Shown in pieces: positions 56,855 to 64,000 of a DNA stretch of 64,000 nt. Source of the stretch: Thermodesulfobacteriota bacterium (lineage in GTDB: Bacteria > Desulfobacterota_D > UBA1144 > Nemesobacterales > JAJCZQ01); contig OZ244044.1 in NCBI GenBank assembly GCA_965215275.1, positions 1,120,001 to 1,184,000 on the forward strand, given 5' to 3'. The notes under the pieces are model-generated. The model made no database searches. It was not told the origin of the DNA and saw only the letters and a list, made by a program, of their open reading frames with translations. The position numbers and the translations under genes are program-made. How positions within the stretch are numbered: the stretch's first letter is position 1; the number at the start of each line of letters is the position of its first letter.

Positions 56855-57316
56855 ATGGGAATCGGAAGTCAAAACAGCAGAGGCCGTACAGTTTTGTCTG
56901 AAATTAACGTCACGCCGTTCGTGGACGTAATGCTCGTCTTGCTCGTTATATTTATGGTAACTGCACCGATCCTGCATCAAGGTATAGACGTTAAGCTTCC
57001 TAAAGCATCATCTCAGCAAATATCGTCCTCACAAACCGATAAAAATATCATTATAACAATAAACAGGGATGGAGAACTCTTTATAGAAAATAAGCGCTAT
57101 GATCTTTCAGAGATAAAACTAAAGATCAGAAACAGCATATTGGGCAAAGGTAAACGATCAGACAAAGGTCAGATATTCATAAGAGCAGATAGTTCAGTGT
57201 TTTACGGTAAAGTAGTTGAAGTAATGAACGAGATCAAAAAATCAGGTGTTCAAAACCTGGGATTGATCACTGAACCAAGACGAACAGATAGAATCCACAA
57301 TGTCAGGGGACAATAA
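56855..57316 (+). CDS. tolR: TolR (ExbD/TolR family)
   Basis: SEINVTPFVDVMLVLLVIFMVTAP, IRAD. Confidence 0.93.
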   Translation: MGIGSQNSRGRTVLSEINVTPFVDVMLVLLVIFMVTAPILHQGIDVKLPKASSQQISSSQTDKNIIITINRDGELFIENKRYDLSEIKLKIRNSILGKGKRSDKGQIFIRADSSVFYGKVVEVMNEIKKSGVQNLGLITEPRRTDRIHNVRGQ

Positions 57317-58232
57317 AAAAAACAAGAGTTCTCTCTTGGGAATCTCTCTATCCGTGTTACTCCATATAGTCGTTGTACTTCTCATAGTGTTTTGGGGAGT
57401 AAGCAATATAGATATTTTTACTCAAAATAAACCCATAAATATATCACTGTCGGGTTCAGTTCAAGAGAATACCGCAGAGAAAGATCCGAATAGCAAGAAA
57501 GAACCTAAACAGTTATCTCAAACTCAAGAGGATTCAAAAGAAGCCAAGATAAAAGCTGAAGAAAAAAGAAAAGCTGAAGAAAAAAGAAAGGCTGAAGAAA
57601 AAAGAAAGGCTGAAGAAAGAAGAAAAGCCGAAGAAAAAAGAAAGGCTGAAGAAAAAAGAAAAGCCGAAGAAAAAAGAAAAGCCGAAGAAAAAAGAAAAGC
57701 CGAAGAAAAAAGAAAGGCTGAAGAAAAAAGAAAAGCTGAAGAAAAAAGAAAGGCTGAAGAAAGAAGAAAAGCTGAAGAAAAAAGAAAGGCCGAAGAAAAA
57801 AGAAAGGCTGAAGAAAGAAGAAAAGCTGAAGAAAAAAGAAAGACACTAAAAGATATGAGAAAGCGAAGTGCACTGAAAGATCTAAGAAAAAAGAAGACTG
57901 ATATGGAAGCTGCCGATGAAAAGGCCATCAGCGCAAGGCGAACGAAGTTAAATCTGTACTTTGATAATATCTCCAACAAGATTCAGAACAAATTCAACAT
58001 ACCACTTAATATTTTACGGGACGGGTCACTTAAAACATTGATTTCTTTTAATATAGACGAAGATGGACATCTTCTGAATGTAAAAGTTGAACGATCTTCC
58101 GGTAATTCAGTTTTTGACAATTCTTGCACAAAAGCCGTTAGATATTCATCTCCATCCACACCTCCACCTAAAAAGATCGCAAAGCAGGTAACTGAGGAAA
58201 AATTTTTAATTTGGCTTGATAATAATCCGTAA
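57300..58232 (+). CDS. tolA: TolA
   Basis: SVLLH TM motif, KAEEKR repeat stalk, C-terminal SSGNSVFD. Confidence 0.88.
   Translation: MSGDNKKNKSSLLGISLSVLLHIVVVLLIVFWGVSNIDIFTQNKPINISLSGSVQENTAEKDPNSKKEPKQLSQTQEDSKEAKIKAEEKRKAEEKRKAEEKRKAEERRKAEEKRKAEEKRKAEEKRKAEEKRKAEEKRKAEEKRKAEEKRKAEERRKAEEKRKAEEKRKAEERRKAEEKRKTLKDMRKRSALKDLRKKKTDMEAADEKAISARRTKLNLYFDNISNKIQNKFNIPLNILRDGSLKTLISFNIDEDGHLLNVKVERSSGNSVFDNSCTKAVRYSSPSTPPPKKIAKQVTEEKFLIWLDNNP
57552..57839 (+). repeat. 16 x 18-bp tandem repeat encoding KAEE(K/R)R
   Basis: aa(a/g)gc(t/c)gaagaaa(a/g)aaga, 288 bp. Confidence 0.95.
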
Positions 58233-58253
58233 AATACAACACTACTGAATTTC

Positions 58254-58856
58254 ATGAAGTTAATACTTGTAAGACATGGTGAAACCGATTGGAATAAATT
58301 TGGGAAATGCCAAGGTATAAGCGATATTCCGCTCAATTCAACTGGAGAAAAGCAAGCCAGGGACCTTGGTTATTCATTAAGGAACGAAAAGATATCCGCG
58401 ATCTTCTCAAGCGATTTACAAAGGGCCATTAATACCGCTAAGCATATTTCTGAATACCACAACCTTGAAGTGCAAACGGACAGAAGGTTCAGGGAAATGG
58501 ACCAAGGAGACTTTGAAGGAGTTGATTTTATATATTTAAGAAAAAATTATTCTCACGTACTTAAAAAGTGGCGAGAAGAACCAGAAACAACTAGGATCCC
58601 AGGTGGTGAATCTTTGGCTGAGGTACAGAGTAGGGCATTGAGAGCATTTGATAGTTTACTGAACAAATACAGAGGGAAGAACGTTATTCTTGTGACACAT
58701 AATCTGACAATAGTTACCCTGCTGTGTAAGTTCTCAGGCAAATCGCTTAAATCGTTCATCGAGTTTGAGATTCACGAGACCTCCAAGACTGTAATCAACT
58801 GTAGTAACGATAAATTTAAAATAGAACTGCTAAGTGATACTTCGCACATAGTTTAA
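58254..58856 (+). CDS. Histidine phosphatase (PGM/CobC/PspA family)
   Basis: LVRHGET, SSDLQRA, REMDQG, PGGES, VTH. Confidence 0.92.
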   Translation: MKLILVRHGETDWNKFGKCQGISDIPLNSTGEKQARDLGYSLRNEKISAIFSSDLQRAINTAKHISEYHNLEVQTDRRFREMDQGDFEGVDFIYLRKNYSHVLKKWREEPETTRIPGGESLAEVQSRALRAFDSLLNKYRGKNVILVTHNLTIVTLLCKFSGKSLKSFIEFEIHETSKTVINCSNDKFKIELLSDTSHIV

Positions 58857-58864
58857 AATCTCAA

Positions 58865-60538
58865 ATGATCAAAGATCAGATAAAAAACATAATTACAAAG
58901 TCAGTTGAAAAATATCTGCTTAACAATGATATAGAGATGCTGGCTATCAGTTTCGATGTTGAGATCCCAAAAAACGAACAGTTTGGAGATTATTCATCAA
59001 ATGTTTCACTGATACTGTCAAAAAAAATCCAGAAACTACCCAGGGACATTGCTTTTGATCTGGTGAAAGTTATAAAGGTTGAAAACCAGGGGTTCTTTAA
59101 AAAAATTGAAGTTGCTGGCCCGGGATTTATTAATTTTAAAGTTACTGAATCCGTATTTTTAAGCAGTCTGAGAGAAATTTATACTGCTGGAGACCACTGG
59201 GGCAAATCGGACATTGGTAAAGATAAAAAGGTACTTGTTGAATTCGTAAGTGCTAATCCCACTGGATACCTGCATTTTGGCCACGCAAGAAATGCAGCCG
59301 TTGGAGAATCTATTTCACGAATACTGAATTTCTGCGGATACGAGGTAACCAAAGAATTTTATATAAATGACGCCGGCAGACAGATGCAGTTGTTGGGCGA
59401 ATCGGTGCTGGCACGGTATAAGTTACTGCTTAAAATTGAAGCCGAATTTCCAGAAGAGGGCTATAAAGGTGAATACATTGGATCAATAGCTGAAAAATTA
59501 ATAGAGAAAGTGGGAAATGGTTTAGTCAGAATAGACGGTAAAGAAGCAGAAAAAAAATGTACCGAATTTGCCTACAACATACTACTGGACGAAACAAAAG
59601 AGGACCTTAAAAATGCAGGGATTGAGTTTGACAACTGGTACAGTGAAAAAAGTGAGATACACGACAGACCGAAAGGATTGAACAAACTGGAAGAAGTTCA
59701 ACGATTACTGGAAAGAAAAGAATGTTTATATGAAAAAGAAGATGCCACCTGGTTTAAATCAACGGATCATGGAGACAGCCAGGATTGGGTCTTAATTAAA
59801 AAGAATGGAGAACCAACTTACTTTTACTCTGATATAGCCTACCACTACGATAAGATCAGAAGGGGTTATGACAGATTAATTAACATCTGGGGGGCAGATC
59901 ACCACAGCCACGTATCAAGACTTAAATCTGCAATAAAAGCCATGGGTAACAATGAATCAATACTGACCTGCGTCTTGATTCAATTTGTAAGGCTTGTAAA
60001 AGAAAACAAAGAAGTACCTATGTCGAAGAGGGAGGGAAGCTATGTAACCCTGCGTGAGGTTATCAGCGAAGTTGGAGCAGACGTAACGCGTTTTTTTCTT
60101 TTAATGAGAAGTACTGACAGGCATCTGGACTTTGATCTTGATCTGGCTAAAAAAGAATCAAGTGAAAATCCAGTATATTATGTACAGTACGCACATGCCA
60201 GAATAGAAAGCCTTTTGGCAAAGGCAGAAGAACAAAAAAAATCATCTCTGAACGAGCATTTGGAGTTACTTACCTTAAACGAGGAGATGGATCTGGTAAA
60301 GAAATTATTGAACTTTCAGGACATAGTTCTGGAAAGTGCAAGATCGCTCTCTCCGCACAAAGTAGCCTTTTATCTACTGGACCTGGCTTCCGATTTCCAT
60401 TCCTACTATAACAGAAATAAAATAATAACTGAGGATGAACACTTAACTTCTGCCAGATTATATTTTATAATCTGTATACAGATAGTTATGAAAAATGGAC
60501 TTCATCTATTGGGAATAAAAGCCCCTAGGAGGATGTGA
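58865..60538 (+). CDS. argS: Arginine-tRNA ligase
   Basis: FGDYSSN, GPGFIN, VSANPTGYLHFGH, WGADH, MSKR, YVQYAHARI. Confidence 0.98.
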   Translation: MIKDQIKNIITKSVEKYLLNNDIEMLAISFDVEIPKNEQFGDYSSNVSLILSKKIQKLPRDIAFDLVKVIKVENQGFFKKIEVAGPGFINFKVTESVFLSSLREIYTAGDHWGKSDIGKDKKVLVEFVSANPTGYLHFGHARNAAVGESISRILNFCGYEVTKEFYINDAGRQMQLLGESVLARYKLLLKIEAEFPEEGYKGEYIGSIAEKLIEKVGNGLVRIDGKEAEKKCTEFAYNILLDETKEDLKNAGIEFDNWYSEKSEIHDRPKGLNKLEEVQRLLERKECLYEKEDATWFKSTDHGDSQDWVLIKKNGEPTYFYSDIAYHYDKIRRGYDRLINIWGADHHSHVSRLKSAIKAMGNNESILTCVLIQFVRLVKENKEVPMSKREGSYVTLREVISEVGADVTRFFLLMRSTDRHLDFDLDLAKKESSENPVYYVQYAHARIESLLAKAEEQKKSSLNEHLELLTLNEEMDLVKKLLNFQDIVLESARSLSPHKVAFYLLDLASDFHSYYNRNKIITEDEHLTSARLYFIICIQIVMKNGLHLLGIKAPRRM

Positions 60539-60539
60539 C

Positions 60540-61019
60540 ATGAAAAAAGAAGGCAATATCAACATATATCTGTTATTACTTTTCTTGCTGATCTTTATAC
60601 TGGGTGCAATGATTGGCAGGATGCTGATTTCCAAAAAAACTCACGTGCCTCAGCAGCCAAAAGTTGAAAAACTGGAAATTAAACCCAGACCAACTATCAA
60701 GGAAAAGAAACCAGAGGTTGTTTCTGTAAAGGTTCCCGTAAGCACAGAGGAGGTTGAAGAAAAACTTCCTGAAACAGACCCAGAGGGTAAATACACGGTT
60801 CAAATCGCCTCTTTTAAGAAGATGGATAATGCACAAAAATTCACAGAGCAGTTAAAAAGCAAAGGCTACCCGGCATTTATAACGAAAGCGCTGATCAGTA
60901 AAGGAACTTGGTACAGAGTTAGAGTAGGTACTTTCGCTGATAAGAAGAAGGCCCGTAAATACTCAGAGATGATAAAAAGTAAAGAAAAGTTAAAAACAGC
61001 CTATATCGACTTCAAATAA
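60540..61019 (+). CDS. SPOR-domain membrane protein (FtsN-like)
   Basis: N-terminal TM; YTVQIASF...WYRVRVG; follows argS. Confidence 0.88.
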   Translation: MKKEGNINIYLLLLFLLIFILGAMIGRMLISKKTHVPQQPKVEKLEIKPRPTIKEKKPEVVSVKVPVSTEEVEEKLPETDPEGKYTVQIASFKKMDNAQKFTEQLKSKGYPAFITKALISKGTWYRVRVGTFADKKKARKYSEMIKSKEKLKTAYIDFK

Positions 61020-61098
61020 ATAAAGGATAGTTCCACTACAGATAAAGCAGGTTTTTTAGTACTTAAGGAACATTCAGGTCCGGCTTTGTTGTTTTCAG

Positions 61099-61590
61099 CT
61101 ATTCCGCAGAAAGTACAACAACAATGGCGTTTGCATCAACGGTGTCGCCTTCTTTAACCTTAATTGACTTGATCTTACCGGCTTGAAGTGCTTTAAGTTC
61201 GGTTTCCATCTTCATGGCTTCAACTATTACCACGCCTTCGTTCTGGGATACGTCTTCCCCTTCCTGCTTCAATATCTTTACAACGCGGCTTGGCATTGGA
61301 GAAATTATTTCCAGTCCATCTCTTGCGATACCGGCTTTAGACAAATCCCTTCCCGAAACTGATTCAAGTTCGTAAAGATTGCCGTCGTAAAATACCTGCA
61401 GTTTCTTACCCTCTCTGAAAACCCCAATGGTTAAAGACCGGTTATCAAGAATTATGGAAAAAAGATTTGCATCAAGCTGAGCATATTCGATCCGGTGCTT
61501 ACATCCGTTAATTTCCACCACGCTACCGTTCTCGTCTTGCTCAACAACGGTTTTGTAGATCTGATTGTTCAGTTTAAAGTTGTAACTCAT
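61099..61590 (-). CDS. Biotin carboxyl carrier subunit
   Basis: SPMP, EAMKME. Confidence 0.92.
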   Translation of the reverse strand: MSYNFKLNNQIYKTVVEQDENGSVVEINGCKHRIEYAQLDANLFSIILDNRSLTIGVFREGKKLQVFYDGNLYELESVSGRDLSKAGIARDGLEIISPMPSRVVKILKQEGEDVSQNEGVVIVEAMKMETELKALQAGKIKSIKVKEGDTVDANAIVVVLSAE

Positions 61591-63086
61591 AGTACAGGAT
61601 TTCCGGAAACACCCATTCGCCTTGAAAACATCTTCCAGCCTGAAGCTGTTTGAGGTTTTTCACTTTCACCTTCTTTAACGTCTACCTCTTCCATTGCAAT
61701 TCCCGCGGCTATCAGAACAGGTTCGATATCATCACCGCCTGCCTGCAAAAGTTCTGGATGGCGATCAATGTAGTTCGTATCTATAGAAGCTCTTCTGAAT
61801 TCTTCCTCTTTCATTACTCCAATTAAAAAACCCAGGTTGGTTTTTACGCCCAAAACAATATATTCTCTGAGAGCAGATGCCATCCTGTTGATCGCGTACT
61901 CCCGCGTTTCACCCCAGGTAACCAGCTTGGAAAGCATAGGGTCGTAATATGATGTCACCTCATAACCCGTATAAATTGACGAATCGTCTCTAACTCCAGG
62001 ACCTCCAGGAGTTTTAACATATTGAAGAAGTCCCGGAGAGGGTAGAAAATTGGTCTCCGGATCTTCGGCATAAACCCTGCATTCTACCGCGTGTCCGTTT
62101 ATTTTAATATCCGACTGTTTAAACGGTAAAGGTTCTCCGCAAGCGACCCTGATCATCCATTTAACAATATCAATTCCCGTTATCATTTCGGTAACAGGGT
62201 GTTCAACTTGAATTCTCGTGTTCATTTCAAGAAAGTAGAAATTCTGCTCCTGGTCCATTATGAATTCCACCGTACCAGCACCTTGATAATTAACGGCTTT
62301 GGCAATGTTTACAGCTGTCTCCCCCATTTTTTTTCTTGTTTTATTTGATATAAAACCTGATGGGGCTTCTTCTATGACTTTCTGATGACGCCTTTGAATT
62401 GAGCATTCCCTTTCAAACAAATGCAGGATTTTTCCATGTGAATCCGCAAGGATCTGTATTTCAATGTGTCTGGGTTTCTCAATAAATCTTTCCACAAATA
62501 CAGAATCGTCCCCAAACGCCGAAAAAGCCTCGCTTCTTGCCATTCTGAGCGAGTTTTCAAATTCTCCCTTGTCCCTTACAAGTCTCATCCCCTTACCTCC
62601 TCCCCCGGCAGAAGCTTTTATCATTACAGGATAGCCTATCTTTTCGGCAACTCTTGAGGCTTCCACGTCGCTCACGGCACCGTCCGAACCCGGCACAAGC
62701 GGAACTTTCGCATCACGTGCGATCTTCCTTGCCGTTATCTTATCTCCCATGAGCTTGATAGCTTCTGGAGTTGGACCTATGAAAGTAATACCTTCTTTTT
62801 CACAGAGTTCCGCAAAGGAATCGTTTTCAGCCAGAAATCCAAATCCGGGATGAACCGCCTGAACTCCTGATTTTTTTGCAGCATCTACTATATTTTCTTT
62901 TACCAGATAGCTCTCGGCCGGCTTAGGACCCCCAACGTTGTACGCTTCGTCGGCCAGTGCCACGTGTGCTGAATTTCTGTCGGCGTCAGAATACACGGCA
63001 ACCGTCTTGGCTCCCAGTTCTCTGCACGCTCTTATTATTCTAACGGCTATTTCGCCTCTGTTTGCAATAAGTATCTTATCGAACAC
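61587..63086 (-). CDS. Biotin carboxylase subunit of acyl-CoA carboxylase
   Basis: ANRGEIA, HPGFGFLAEN, GGGGKGM, CSIQRRHQK, EMNTRIQVEH. Confidence 0.96.
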   Translation of the reverse strand: MFDKILIANRGEIAVRIIRACRELGAKTVAVYSDADRNSAHVALADEAYNVGGPKPAESYLVKENIVDAAKKSGVQAVHPGFGFLAENDSFAELCEKEGITFIGPTPEAIKLMGDKITARKIARDAKVPLVPGSDGAVSDVEASRVAEKIGYPVMIKASAGGGGKGMRLVRDKGEFENSLRMARSEAFSAFGDDSVFVERFIEKPRHIEIQILADSHGKILHLFERECSIQRRHQKVIEEAPSGFISNKTRKKMGETAVNIAKAVNYQGAGTVEFIMDQEQNFYFLEMNTRIQVEHPVTEMITGIDIVKWMIRVACGEPLPFKQSDIKINGHAVECRVYAEDPETNFLPSPGLLQYVKTPGGPGVRDDSSIYTGYEVTSYYDPMLSKLVTWGETREYAINRMASALREYIVLGVKTNLGFLIGVMKEEEFRRASIDTNYIDRHPELLQAGGDDIEPVLIAAGIAMEEVDVKEGESEKPQTASGWKMFSRRMGVSGNPVL

Positions 63087-63102
63087 CTGAATTCCCTTTT
63101 AA

Positions 63103-64000
63103 TTAAAGTGGTATGTTCCCGTGTTTTTTAGGAGGATTTGTCGACCTCTTTCCGTCCAGCATGTCAAGTGCCAGTGCAACTCTATGCCTCGTATCCTCAG
63201 GCCTTATAACCTCGTCTATGTATCCCAGTTCGGCTGCTCTGTACGGATTGGCAAAGTTATTTTTATATTCCTCTATCAACGTTAATCTCTCAGAGTCCGG
63301 ATCATCTGCAGATGCAATTTGCCCTTTGAATACTATGTTCACGGCTCCATCGGGACCCATAACGGCAATCTCCGCGGTAGGATAAGCAAAATTTATATCA
63401 CCACCTATATGTTTTGAGGACATAACGTCATACGCACCACCGTAAGCCTTTCTGGTTATAATCGTTATCAACGGGACCGTTGCTTCACAGTACGCGTAAA
63501 GCAGTTTCGCTCCGTGCTTTATAATACCGTTCCATTCCTGATTTGTACCAGGTAGAAAACCAGGAGTGTCAACAAATGAGACTATGGGTATATTAAAACA
63601 GTCGCAGAACCTGATAAATCTTCCGGCTTTGATAGATGCATCTATGTCAAGACAGCCTGCCAGCACGGTCGGCTGATTTCCAACAATGCCAATGGACCTG
63701 CCATTTATTCTTGCAAATCCCACAACTATATTTTGGGCAAAGTGCTCATGGACCTCAAAAAAATACTCATCGTCCACGACCTTGTTTATTACTTGCTTAA
63801 TATCATAAGGCTTATTGGGATTTGTAGGAATAATGTCACGCAGACTCTCTTCCTTTCTGTCTATCGGATCGTCACATCTGACCCTGGGTGGGTCTTCCAT
63901 ATTATTAGACGGGATAAAGCTCAGCACTTCTTTAATGACAGATATAGTATCCTCATCATCTTCTGCGGCAAAATGTGCAACGCCACTTTTGGAGCTGTGT
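63103..64000 (-). CDS. pccB: Acyl-CoA (propionyl-CoA) carboxylase beta subunit, 5' part outside window
   Basis: Frame open to window end (HSSKSGVAHF); VDTPGFLPG, RKAYGGAY, KKHGNIPL. Confidence 0.93.
   Translation of the reverse strand, partial: HSSKSGVAHFAAEDDEDTISVIKEVLSFIPSNNMEDPPRVRCDDPIDRKEESLRDIIPTNPNKPYDIKQVINKVVDDEYFFEVHEHFAQNIVVGFARINGRSIGIVGNQPTVLAGCLDIDASIKAGRFIRFCDCFNIPIVSFVDTPGFLPGTNQEWNGIIKHGAKLLYAYCEATVPLITIITRKAYGGAYDVMSSKHIGGDINFAYPTAEIAVMGPDGAVNIVFKGQIASADDPDSERLTLIEEYKNNFANPYRAAELGYIDEVIRPEDTRHRVALALDMLDGKRSTNPPKKHGNIPL

Noticed and set aside
57552..57839. Possible CRISPR array
   Set aside because: Contiguous in-frame repeats with no unique spacers; no cas genes.
57505..57979. 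Phe/Leu/Ser-rich minus-strand ORFs
   Set aside because: Antisense shadows of the tolA repeat.

Overview
Bacterial chromosome segment, mostly housekeeping. Gene content (futalosine menaquinone genes, tRNA-Ile2/zinc-ribbon/RNase HI/rnpB block, gspC-K, argS-SPOR) suggests a Desulfobacterota/deltaproteobacteria-like lineage; this is inference only. Core loci: nadBCA, glnD, mqnE/ubiD/ubiX/ubiA-like, birA, tyrS, gltBD, argG, queA, aroC, frameshifted prfB, nadK, groESL, a type II secretion cluster gspC-K, tolQRA, argS and acyl-CoA carboxylase subunits. The most notable accessory element is a pair of paralogous surface proteins (<1-2569 and about 36512-39009) with a P-domain end, Ig-like repeats (8 vs 1) and a shared 45-aa Gly6-Cys/hydrophobic helix/basic C-terminal sorting signal. 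The complete copy has a subtilase domain with substituted catalytic residues and a C9 tract that puts its ATG out of frame with its signal peptide. Also seen: a candidate Pho-box-regulated lipid-remodelling trio, a CIRCE-like site inside groES, and two genes (glnD, RNase HI) with no canonical start codon.
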